From Nitrospirota bacterium (lineage in GTDB: Bacteria > Nitrospirota > UBA9217), in the NCBI GenBank assembly GCA_963740085.1, contig CAVUCU010000001.1, positions 224,001-288,000 on the forward strand: 64,000 bases of DNA, written 5' to 3'. The notes beneath the pieces were generated by a model, which saw only the letters and a list, made by a program, of their open reading frames with translations, did no database searches and was not told the origin of the DNA. Position numbers and translations under genes: made by a program. Positions 9,796 to 18,866 of this stretch are shown here, piece by piece (positions within the stretch are counted from its first letter, which is position 1; each line of letters begins with the position of its first letter).

Positions 9796-11715
9796 TCATA
9801 CCGGTCTTGCTTCTCCCCCGAACATTTCCACAATCTTCTTAACCAGGGCGGGCAGCGACGGGTCACGTGCTCCCATGAGCAGGACGCAGTCTTCCGCTTT
9901 CGCCTCGGCCTTTAATCTGGCCAACAGTTCATCGCGATCACCGACCGCTTGCGCAATGAATGCAACGGTGCCGAGGCCCTGAACAATATCGTCCGAGGAA
10001 ATATTTTTATGCGCCGTGCCCCCGGCGTAATAGATCGGCAGGAGATAGAGCGCGTCATTTTTTTTAAATGCCGTTCGAAAGGTTGCGATGTATTCATCCT
10101 TTAAGAAGCGCGTCGGACCGAACCCATGAGGCTGGTACACGGCAATGACGCGTGCGGAAAGGCCCCGCGCGGCGCGGACGACAGCCGCTATCTTTGCCGG
10201 ATTATGCGCAAAGTCGTCGACCACATGCACGTTCTGCTTTGTGCTGGTCAGGGAAAAACGCCGGGCAACTCCCTCATAATTCCTTACCGCATCGGCAAGC
10301 GCCGCTTCTTCGCATCCGAAATGCTCGCACACACAAAGCGCCGCACACAGGTTTTCAAGATTGTGCTTGCCGGGAAGCGGCAGATGATATTCGATGTTAC
10401 TCTTAAAAAGCTTGACCGAAGTCGGCAAGAGCTGTTCACGATCGGGCCGCCACGAGCTTAAACCATTGCGGCCGAAGCGTACGGTTGCAGGAAAGGACGC
10501 AAGGGCCGGATCATCGGCATTTGAAGCCGTCCAGGGAGATTGTGCAGCGAGCGTCTCGAAAAGCGACCTTATCTCGTCAACGCCTTTATGGTCCTTGGAG
10601 ATATTCAGGAACACCGCTGCCTCCGGACGGTATTTGACGAGCGTTCCGTCGCTTTCGTCCGCCTCCACCACCAGGATATCTGAGCCGCCGCTCCAGGCAT
10701 TGCCGATAAGCCCCTGCCTTTCGAGCCTGCGCAGGCCCGCACCGCTTATGAGTGAGGGCGATTTTCCGCACGCGGTCAGGAATTCGAATATCATCGCGGT
10801 CACCGTCGATTTGCCGCTGGTGCCCGCGACCGCAATGGTCTTTTTTGTCGCGATGATCGCGGCAAGCAGATCGGAGCGATGGACGATGGGAAGACCGCAA
10901 CTGCGCGCGGCAGCGATGTCGGGATTTGATTCTTCTATCGCTGTTGAGATGCAGACCACATCGGTATCCGCACCCACACCCGAACCGTCTTGACGAACGA
11001 TGGTACACCCCAGGCCTTCAAGCGATTGCCGGATCGAGGCGGTATCCTCACTTGCATGGAAGCGATCGGAACCCGAGACCCCGATCCCCTGAAAGCGCAG
11101 GTATTGCGCGAGCGCGCTCATGCCGCTGCCGAAGATGCCGGTAAAATGCACGTTGCGGCACTGGTGTTCATTGATAACAATTGGTAGCGGATCGATGTAA
11201 ACGAGCGTGCCCTCATTCACCGCATCATATAGGCGAATGACATCGTGATTTCGAAGGCATACGCACCCGTGCGACAGCGGAGTGCCAACCATGTCCTCAC
11301 GACCGGTGCCGTGTATATAGATGTAACGCTCGTAGGTGTCCACCCCGGCGCCCTTATTGATCCCCTCCTCAAGGCCCTCGAGCCACAGAATGCGGGTCAG
11401 GATCAGGTTGTCTCCATTCTGGCTGTGGTCCCAGTCCATGCCCTGATCCTCGCGGTCTTTGAAAACGCGACCAGCAGGCGCTCCCGCCCCGAACTTCTCC
11501 CTGATCCGATGAATACCAAGAGGCGTTTTAAGCGAGTTCTCCCGATTGCCGTTGCCAAAACGGGAGGTGGAGGCATCATACTGCTCGACAATGGTGTCGT
11601 TCATGCAGACAAGGAGCGTTTGCGTCTCAATGGAGACCACGAGAAAGAGCTCTCGCGGGTCAACAAATAACCTTCGTAATTTTTCGTAAATGCCGCGTAA
11701 TCGAACTTTTTCCAT
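9796..11715 (-). CDS. Fusion of L,D-transpeptidase (YkuD) domain and MurC/Mpl-type UDP-MurNAc ligase
   Basis: N-terminal IYIHGT..SHGCVCL; C-terminal GIFGSGMSALA, AGTSGKS, EADESDG, DDFAHNP. Confidence 0.85.
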   Translation of the reverse strand: MEKVRLRGIYEKLRRLFVDPRELFLVVSIETQTLLVCMNDTIVEQYDASTSRFGNGNRENSLKTPLGIHRIREKFGAGAPAGRVFKDREDQGMDWDHSQNGDNLILTRILWLEGLEEGINKGAGVDTYERYIYIHGTGREDMVGTPLSHGCVCLRNHDVIRLYDAVNEGTLVYIDPLPIVINEHQCRNVHFTGIFGSGMSALAQYLRFQGIGVSGSDRFHASEDTASIRQSLEGLGCTIVRQDGSGVGADTDVVCISTAIEESNPDIAAARSCGLPIVHRSDLLAAIIATKKTIAVAGTSGKSTVTAMIFEFLTACGKSPSLISGAGLRRLERQGLIGNAWSGGSDILVVEADESDGTLVKYRPEAAVFLNISKDHKGVDEIRSLFETLAAQSPWTASNADDPALASFPATVRFGRNGLSSWRPDREQLLPTSVKLFKSNIEYHLPLPGKHNLENLCAALCVCEHFGCEEAALADAVRNYEGVARRFSLTSTKQNVHVVDDFAHNPAKIAAVVRAARGLSARVIAVYQPHGFGPTRFLKDEYIATFRTAFKKNDALYLLPIYYAGGTAHKNISSDDIVQGLGTVAFIAQAVGDRDELLARLKAEAKAEDCVLLMGARDPSLPALVKKIVEMFGGEARPV

Positions 11716-11906
11716 AAAGAAATTATTCTACCTGTTCAGCTTAAGATGTCAGCAAAATACTGTATTTCGGAGAAAACGACAAGAAAAAAAAGACGGGGCA
11801 TCAATAACCTTCGCCCTTGACAATCAGTTGTGCATCCGTAATAATGCTGTCAGTCATGCTTGCTCCCTGCCAATTAAAGAGAAGCAAATCTTGCAGCGGA
11901 AAATAA

Positions 11907-12953
11907 ATGGACAAGAACGAATGGCGTATGATGATGCAGCAGAAGGCATTCACTCTTATTGAACTTATAAGTACCATAGTGATCCTGGGGCTGCTTGCCG
12001 CAGTCGTCATTGTCAGGTACGTCGATCTTCGTCCTGATGCCGACAGAGCAGTTGAGCTTAATGTGGTGGGTGCCGTAAAAACGGGCATCAGCAACTATAA
12101 GCTTCACTCGTCATTGTCGAACGGAACCTCTGCATTTCCAACGGTACTTGACAATGCCGCCAATGGCGATGTTTCTTCGAGCAACCCCTTTTTTACCATA
12201 GTTCTTTCTCAGACAGGCATCAGCAAATGGTCTAAATCGGGACTTTCCTATCTTGCCCCCTCAGGCAGCATCTACACATATAATCCACAAACGGGAGCGT
12301 TTGAAACGAATGTCGGGTTAGTATCCGACTGGAGCATGAATGAGGGAAGCGGTACCACCATCGGGCAAGGGGCATATCAGGGCTCGATAATAGGCGACGC
12401 CGTTTGGACAAATGGAAAGGTAGGAGATGCGTTGCATTTTGACGGGGTTGACAGCCGGGTGAGCATTCCGGATTCACCCTCTCTCGATCTGACGACGTCC
12501 GGCACGGTCGGGGCGTGGGTCTATATGGACTCGATAACGCCTTTCGGCGGTATTATTCATAAGGGCGACCAAACGAATTTCTCCGATGAGGCTTATTCAC
12601 TGCAGTTCTGGACCGGAAACACGGCTATTCTCGGCATAACAGATAATTCCGGCGTCCTGCATATGGTCCAGACAAATACGGTCTTCTCTCCGAACGCCTG
12701 GTACTATATTGTAGGCACGTGGGACTCGACAGGAATGAAAATATACGTCAACGGCACTCTGGACAAATCGACCACAGACACCGGTGTGGCAAAAATTTCT
12801 GCAGGCAGTCTAAATATCGGTGCCCAGACGAGTACTTATTATAACGGGACATACCACAATTTTCCCTTTCAAGGCAACATTGACGAAGCCACGATCCATA
12901 ACACGGCGCTTTCTTCCGACGAGATAAAACTTTATTACAATTCTACAAAATAA
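11907..12953 (+). CDS. Prepilin-type N-terminal cleavage/methylation protein with C-terminal LamG/concanavalin-like domain
   Basis: KA|FTLIEL class III signal; GKVGDALHFDG, WYYIVGTWD, FQGNIDE LamG-like motifs. Confidence 0.85.
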   Translation: MDKNEWRMMMQQKAFTLIELISTIVILGLLAAVVIVRYVDLRPDADRAVELNVVGAVKTGISNYKLHSSLSNGTSAFPTVLDNAANGDVSSSNPFFTIVLSQTGISKWSKSGLSYLAPSGSIYTYNPQTGAFETNVGLVSDWSMNEGSGTTIGQGAYQGSIIGDAVWTNGKVGDALHFDGVDSRVSIPDSPSLDLTTSGTVGAWVYMDSITPFGGIIHKGDQTNFSDEAYSLQFWTGNTAILGITDNSGVLHMVQTNTVFSPNAWYYIVGTWDSTGMKIYVNGTLDKSTTDTGVAKISAGSLNIGAQTSTYYNGTYHNFPFQGNIDEATIHNTALSSDEIKLYYNSTK

Positions 12954-12982
12954 GTAAAGGATATTTCCGATACCAGCGTTGA

Positions 12983-13528
12983 TCACGTGCGCTCAAGGAC
13001 AATCGGCAGGACGGCATGTTCCTGCAATGCCCGTTGGGCGGCCTCCCTCAGTTTGTCTTTCCCGAGATCTTCTTTGCCAGCCATCTGTTCAACCTCTATC
13101 CTCACCACACCGGTGATGCCAAGTTTGTCTTCGGCAAAATCTCCGTAGCCGCCTTCGGGCTGGTATTTCCGCATGAGCAGCTTCAGAGCGGCCAGGCGCT
13201 CTCCGCGGTCCTCAAGGATATGCGCTCTGCCCCTGATGATGACGCTCCGGTAGAGATACTCAGCCCTGCAGGGACTCGTGTCCGCCTTGACCAGGGCAAT
13301 GGGCTGGTCCACTTCGAAGCAGACCCGGTCGTCAAGCCGCATGTCGTCGATCTTCTCTCCCTCCCGCGCGGTGTGGAAGTAGATATTCCCGTTGTCGAAA
13401 ACGAAATTGAGCGGTTTGACCATGGGATATCCATCCTGTCCCCTGGTGCCCAACCTGCCTACGTGGCATTCCGTCAGTACCTGCAGTATGATACTCCGGT
13501 CAGTGATTGCCTTTTGGCTCCGGCGCAT
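12983..13528 (-). CDS. Pyridoxamine 5'-phosphate oxidase-like / NimA family flavin-binding protein
   Basis: MRRS..ITD, IYFHTAREGEK, VCFEVD, YRSVIIRG. Confidence 0.85.
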   Translation of the reverse strand: MRRSQKAITDRSIILQVLTECHVGRLGTRGQDGYPMVKPLNFVFDNGNIYFHTAREGEKIDDMRLDDRVCFEVDQPIALVKADTSPCRAEYLYRSVIIRGRAHILEDRGERLAALKLLMRKYQPEGGYGDFAEDKLGITGVVRIEVEQMAGKEDLGKDKLREAAQRALQEHAVLPIVLERT

Positions 13529-13647
13529 GATTTCCTCCCGCGATCATTGAATGTCATTGCGAATGTGCTCTGTTTTATGGTAAAAGAGTCGACGGAGTGA
13601 AATTCCCGTCTCGTTCATGTGATCCACGGAAAAGAGGTCTTGACATC

Positions 13648-14097
13648 TTGGCGAATGATTCCGTCCTCCTCCGCTGTCCGTCGTGCAGGACCCTGAACCG
13701 GGTGCCTGAAGAGATGCTCAAGAGCCACCCGAAATGCGGCAAGTGCGCAACGCCGCTCACCTTTCCCGATAAACCGGTGTCTGTCACAACCGCAAACTTC
13801 GATCAGGAGGTCCGAGACTGGCCGGAATTGCTCCTGGTCGAATTCTGGGCCACATGGTGCGGATACAGCCGCGCGGCGGAGCCGCTGGTAAACGACCTTG
13901 CTTCCTGGAGAGCGGGAAAACTGAAGGTGATCAAAGTGGACGTAGACGCGGAGCCCGTCCTTGCGCAGCGTTTCACGGTCAAGGCAACACCGACCTTCAT
14001 CATGTACCGGAGCGGCCGCCAACTCGCCCGCATGGACGGCGCGCCAAAGGAAAAGCTTGAACTGATCCAGTGGGTCGACCGTTTTCTGAAGGGGTGA
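13648..14097 (+). CDS. Thioredoxin 2 (TrxC)-like protein with zinc ribbon; active site WCGYS
   Basis: CPSC..NRVP..PKCGKC plus EFWATWCGYS; TTG start inferred from AAGAGG RBS. Confidence 0.8.
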   Translation: MANDSVLLRCPSCRTLNRVPEEMLKSHPKCGKCATPLTFPDKPVSVTTANFDQEVRDWPELLLVEFWATWCGYSRAAEPLVNDLASWRAGKLKVIKVDVDAEPVLAQRFTVKATPTFIMYRSGRQLARMDGAPKEKLELIQWVDRFLKG

Positions 14098-14266
14098 GCC
14101 ATCCCTGTCGGTCAATGCAAGTCAGCGGGTTACTGCGAGAACCGTATGGTTCGCAAGTTGCAGGAATAGTTGCGGGAACTGAAAAAGTGTATCAGAAATA
14201 AAATGTTTTGTAAAAGAATTTGTCTTGATTGTTTGACAGTATGCTCAAGGCGCGACCGAATCGAAT

Positions 14267-14295
14267 TTGACAATGCCTGAATTTCTGGTTAACAT
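14267..14295 (+). promoter_or_regulatory. Sigma-70 promoter
   Basis: TTGACA-17 nt-TAACAT upstream of the transglutaminase gene. Confidence 0.5.
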
Positions 14296-14355
14296 ATGAA
14301 TTGAGGCGCAATCAAAAGATTGTTTTCGGCAATTCAAGGCAGAACACCTATCCTT

Positions 14356-15807
14356 ATGCTCAGAAAGATCTCCTCCACTCTCATCCTGCTCTTCTGGTTC
14401 ACCATGCTCGGCCTCCTGATCGAGAAGACCTACATCCGCCCCTCCTCGGTCATCGCCCTGGACATGGTCACGCAAGAAGGCGTACGCGCGACGGATGAAT
14501 GGTTCGGCATCTACCAGCAGGGCAAAAAGATCGGCTATGCGCACTCGCGGACCATCCCTGAGGCGGAAACCTATCACCTCTACGAGGAATCCGAGATGGA
14601 CATCCTCGCTCTCGGCTCGGTACATCGGGTAAAGACGATCATCAACAGCTACACCACGAAAAACTTCCTGCTCAAGTATTTCGATTTCATGCTTCAATCC
14701 GATATGACCACGATGAAGATCAAGGGCGCGGTGCTCAAGAATAAACTTGTTCTCGATATCAATACCGGCGGTCAGACCCGGACCGAGAAGATCAAGCTCA
14801 CCCGTCCACCCTACCTCTCGCCGAACATCAAACCGGCCATTCTGCTGATGGGGCTTGAAACGGGCAAGACGTACCGGTTCCCGCTTTTCAATCCCGCGAC
14901 CATGAGCACCGAGGAATCCACGATCTCCGTTGAATCAAAAGACCGCATCAAGATCGGCGAAACAGAGCAGACTATTTACAAGCTGAAAGAATCGTTCCAG
15001 GGTATGGAGACAACGTCGTGGATATCGCAGGACGGCGAAACGATCAAAGAGGAAAGTGCCCTTGGTTACAGCCTGTTGAAGGAAAGCAAGGCTGAAGCGA
15101 TGAAACGTGACAAAGGCGGACCGATTGTTGATATCATAACACTGACCATGATTCCGTCTGATACGATAAAAGACTCTTCTCAGGTTACCTATCTGCGTGC
15201 ACGGCTGAAGGGCGTTTTGCTGCAGGGATTCCAGCTGGACAACGACCGTCAGACGCTCAATGGTGAGGTGATAGAGATCCGCAAGGAAGACTATCCGGCG
15301 GCGTATCGCCTGCCCTATTCCGGAAAAGACCTGGCTGAATATCTGTTGCCGAATGCCTTGATCCAGAGCGACGACAAAAAGATCATCGATCAGGCCTCAA
15401 AGATCCTGTCTGGCGAGAAAAACGCCCGTGAGGCCGCGAAAAAACTGAACGATTGGGTGTATACCGCTCTGGCGAAGAAACCCGTCATCAGCATCCCAAG
15501 CGCGCTCGAAATCCTGAACCAGCGTGAAGGAGACTGCAACGAACACACCGCACTTTATACCGCGCTGGCCCGCGCGGTGGGCATCCCGACCCGCATGGCG
15601 GCCGGCATCGTCTATATGGGAAACGGTTTCTACTACCATGCCTGGCCGGAGGTCTGGGTCGGCCATTGGATGCCTGTTGACCCTACCTTCAACCAGTTCC
15701 CCGCTGACGCAACACACATCCGATTTGCCACGGGCAACCTCGATCGGCAATCCGATATCATCAGGCTGGTCGGAAAGCTGAAGGTGGAGGTTTTGGAGTA
15801 TAAATAG
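14356..15807 (+). CDS. Membrane-anchored transglutaminase-like domain protein
   Basis: GDCNEH, YHAWPEV, DPTF (Cys-His-Asp triad); N-terminal TM helix. Confidence 0.88.
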   Translation: MLRKISSTLILLFWFTMLGLLIEKTYIRPSSVIALDMVTQEGVRATDEWFGIYQQGKKIGYAHSRTIPEAETYHLYEESEMDILALGSVHRVKTIINSYTTKNFLLKYFDFMLQSDMTTMKIKGAVLKNKLVLDINTGGQTRTEKIKLTRPPYLSPNIKPAILLMGLETGKTYRFPLFNPATMSTEESTISVESKDRIKIGETEQTIYKLKESFQGMETTSWISQDGETIKEESALGYSLLKESKAEAMKRDKGGPIVDIITLTMIPSDTIKDSSQVTYLRARLKGVLLQGFQLDNDRQTLNGEVIEIRKEDYPAAYRLPYSGKDLAEYLLPNALIQSDDKKIIDQASKILSGEKNAREAAKKLNDWVYTALAKKPVISIPSALEILNQREGDCNEHTALYTALARAVGIPTRMAAGIVYMGNGFYYHAWPEVWVGHWMPVDPTFNQFPADATHIRFATGNLDRQSDIIRLVGKLKVEVLEYK

Positions 15808-15816
15808 GATTTTTTC

Positions 15817-15979
15817 ACCACGGAGGCACGGAGACACAGAGGATTACTTTATATCTTAAACAGAATAACAAGAGTAAAGATATATACTAGACGCAACTTT
15901 TTTAAAAGACCAGAGATTGCCCAAGTTTTTAATCTCTTATTATTCTGAGCCTTTCTCCGTGCCTCCGCGTCTCCGTGGT
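15817..15979. repeat. Inverted-repeat element with 9-nt periodic arms around an AT-rich spacer
   Basis: ACCACGGAGGCACGGAGACACAGAG ... CTCCGTGCCTCCGCGTCTCCGTGGT (21/25 complementary). Confidence 0.75.
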
Positions 15980-16047
15980 AATAGTGTATTTGACCTTAGT
16001 TTTTGCAGTTCATGAAATTTCGTGGATGTCGCGGCTAAACAATAACT

Positions 16048-16776
16048 ATGATCAAACTCGTCAACCTCACCAAGAATTACGGCAAGCTTACCGCCGTGAA
16101 CAAGATCAACCTCGACGTGGCCCGGGGCCAGCTCTTCGGGTTCCTCGGCCCGAACGGAGCGGGCAAGACCACGACCATCAAGATGATGGCGGGCCTGCTC
16201 CAGCCCACCAACGGCAGTATCCTCATCGATGGTCATGACGTGCAGAAAGAGCCTATCAAGGCAAAGTCCATCATTGGCTTCATCCCGGACAGACCGTTCC
16301 TGTACGAGAAGCTCACGGCAACGGAATTCATGCATTTTGTGGCCGAGTTGTACGACATGAGGGACCCGGACAAGCGCGTCAGCGAGCTCCTCGAACTGTT
16401 CGGCCTGCCTGAATGGGCCAATGAACTGGTCGAGAACTTCTCGCACGGCATGAAACAGCGCCTCGTCATGGCCGCGGCCCTGTTGCATGACCCGAAAGTC
16501 TTGATAGTGGACGAGCCCATGGTCGGCCTGGACCCTCGCGGCGCGCGTCTCGTGAAGGACATCTTCAAGGAGCTTGCTGCAAAGGGCGTTACCGTCTTCA
16601 TGTCCACGCATACGCTCGAGATCGTGGAGCAGATGTGCACCCGTGTCGCCATCATCAATAGAGGTGATATCATCGCGGAAGGCAGCGTCGAAGACCTGGG
16701 CCGCATGGCGAGCATGCCCGAAAGCAATCTGGAACCGGTCTTCCTGAAACTGACGGGCGGGGACGAGGCAATATGA
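16048..16776 (+). CDS. ABC transporter ATP-binding protein (ABC-2 exporter type)
   Basis: Walker A GPNGAGKT, signature FSHGMKQR, Walker B LIVDEP. Confidence 0.95.
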   Translation: MIKLVNLTKNYGKLTAVNKINLDVARGQLFGFLGPNGAGKTTTIKMMAGLLQPTNGSILIDGHDVQKEPIKAKSIIGFIPDRPFLYEKLTATEFMHFVAELYDMRDPDKRVSELLELFGLPEWANELVENFSHGMKQRLVMAAALLHDPKVLIVDEPMVGLDPRGARLVKDIFKELAAKGVTVFMSTHTLEIVEQMCTRVAIINRGDIIAEGSVEDLGRMASMPESNLEPVFLKLTGGDEAI

Positions 16777-16823
16777 ACTGGTTAACGCGGCATTGCCTCA
16801 TACCGATGAAGCAAAAGCAACAT

Positions 16824-16917
16824 TACCACGGAATTGCACGGAGGCGCACGGGAATAGAAAACTATCATTAAATGTGATAATAATGATCCGTAGCTTTTCG
16901 TGGCCCCTTCCGTGGTA
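16824..16917. repeat. Inverted-repeat element with about 10-nt periodic CACGG arms
   Basis: TACCACGGAATTGCACGGAGGCGCACGG ... TCCGTAGCTTTTCGTGGCCCCTTCCGTGGTA. Confidence 0.65.
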
Positions 16918-16976
16918 AAAACGTGACTCAAACTTAAAAATGATGGTTCGTAACGTCCTTTAATCCGGGAGCGAAC

Positions 16977-18725
16977 ATGGAACTGAAAAAATTATTCCCC
17001 TTTCTCCAGTGGTGGTCGCGGGTCAACCGCCGCACTGCGCGAGTCGACATTATGGCCGGCATTACCGGTGCGATCATCGTCCTTCCCCAGGGCGTTGCCT
17101 TTGCCATGATCGCCGGGCTGCCTCCTGAATACGGCCTCTATTCAGCAATGGTACCGACGATCATTGCCGCGCTGTTCGGTTCCTCCCGCCACCTCATCTC
17201 CGGGCCCACGACCGCCATTTCGATCGTTATCTTTACCACGGTCAGTCCCCTGTCAAGCCCGGGCAGCACGGATTACATCCAGATGGTCATCACCCTCACC
17301 TTCCTCGCCGGAATATTTCAATTCTCGCTGGGGCTCGCGCGCCTCGGTGCGCTCGTTAATTTCGTTTCTCATTCCGTGGTGATCGGATTCACTGCCGGCG
17401 CCGCCATACTCATAGGGGCCAGCCAGCTCAGCAATCTCGTCGGCGTCCCCGGTTCGAAAAGACACGCCTTTATCCATGTCTTGACGGACCTCGTTCAGCG
17501 TCTGCCTGACATAAATTACACGGTGCTTGCGATCGGTATCAGCACCCTGATCGCTGCGCTTGTGTTCAAAAAATATCTACCGCGCTGGCCGGGAATGCTC
17601 TTCGCCATGATCATCGGCAGCATCCTGGCCATTATGATGAAAGGCAGCGAACACGGCGTACGGCTTGTCGGCTCACTGCCTGCGCATCTGCCTCCATTCT
17701 CATTACCTGACCTTTCTACAGCCGACGTTCGTCTCCTGGCACCGGCGGGGCTCGCAATAGCGATGCTCGGGCTGACGGAAGCGGTCTCCATCGCCCGCTC
17801 CGTGGCCACCCGCTCGCACCAGCGCATCGACAGCAACCAGGAGTTCATCGGCCAGGGTCTTTCGAATGTTGTTGGAAGCTTCTTTTCAAGCTATGCCTCC
17901 TCGGGCTCGTTTACCCGCACGGGACTGAATTATGAAGCCGGGGCGAAAACACCGATGTCCGGCGTTTATGCCGCAGTTTCACTTGCCGTTATCCTCCTGC
18001 TCATTGCCCCGCTCACCGCTTATCTCCCGATCGCTTCCATGGCGGGCATTCTCCTCCTCGTGGCGTATAATCTCATCGACTTCCGTCACATCAGGGCGAT
18101 CATAAGAACAAGCCGCTCCGAAGCATCCGTACTCGCCGTTACTTTTTTCTCGACCCTTCTCGTGGAGTTGGAGTTCGCCATTTATGTTGGCGTGATCCTT
18201 TCGCTCCTGCTCTATCTCAATCGTACGTCCCATCCGCATTTCATTACGCTTGCCCCTGACCCCGAGAGTGACCGGCGGAGCTTCACCAATATTCTTAAAA
18301 AGCCCTTGCTGGAATGTCCCCAGCTCAAGATCATCCGGATGGACGGCTCGCTGTTTTTCGGGGCTGTTGACCATTTTGCCCAGGAAATGCGGGCTATCAC
18401 GAGGCAGAGCCCGGAACAGGCCCACCTCCTGCTGGTCGGCAGCGGCATAAACTTCGTCGACGTTGCCGGATGCGAAGCGCTGGCCGAGGAGGCGCACCGC
18501 CTTCACCTGACCGGGAGAAAGCTCTACCTCTGTTCGCTCAAGGGAGATGTGCTGAATGTGTTGAAGCGAGGAGAATGCATAAAGCATATTGGCGAGGAGA
18601 ACATCTTCCCTTCAAAGATCGAGGCGATAGAAAAGATCGTTCCCCAGCTCGACTCCGAACGGTGCCGCATCTGCACGGCGCGCATTTTTGACGAATGTGC
18701 GCAGATGCCGGGTGCGAAAACCTGA
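16977..18725 (+). CDS. SulP family anion permease with STAS domain
   Basis: PQGVAFAMIAGLPPEYGLY, GSSRHLISGPT, NQEFIGQG; STAS motif DGSLFFG. Confidence 0.93.
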   Translation: MELKKLFPFLQWWSRVNRRTARVDIMAGITGAIIVLPQGVAFAMIAGLPPEYGLYSAMVPTIIAALFGSSRHLISGPTTAISIVIFTTVSPLSSPGSTDYIQMVITLTFLAGIFQFSLGLARLGALVNFVSHSVVIGFTAGAAILIGASQLSNLVGVPGSKRHAFIHVLTDLVQRLPDINYTVLAIGISTLIAALVFKKYLPRWPGMLFAMIIGSILAIMMKGSEHGVRLVGSLPAHLPPFSLPDLSTADVRLLAPAGLAIAMLGLTEAVSIARSVATRSHQRIDSNQEFIGQGLSNVVGSFFSSYASSGSFTRTGLNYEAGAKTPMSGVYAAVSLAVILLLIAPLTAYLPIASMAGILLLVAYNLIDFRHIRAIIRTSRSEASVLAVTFFSTLLVELEFAIYVGVILSLLLYLNRTSHPHFITLAPDPESDRRSFTNILKKPLLECPQLKIIRMDGSLFFGAVDHFAQEMRAITRQSPEQAHLLLVGSGINFVDVAGCEALAEEAHRLHLTGRKLYLCSLKGDVLNVLKRGECIKHIGEENIFPSKIEAIEKIVPQLDSERCRICTARIFDECAQMPGAKT

Positions 18726-18866
18726 TCGAAAAAAATGAGCCCGTGTCGCAGGGCGTGCATGTGGGGGGACGCAACGTGCTGAACGGTGACGGCGCGTTAC
18801 CACGCTTGTCAGCCGGCCAGCATGCAATATTGCAAACCGGCAAGTAAACGTCATATTTGGTAGAGT

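Noticed and set aside
9524-9799. 92-aa N-terminal extension of qor (TQNAK repeats)
   Set aside because: Read-through of the intergenic heptamer repeat; the RBS supports ATG 9523
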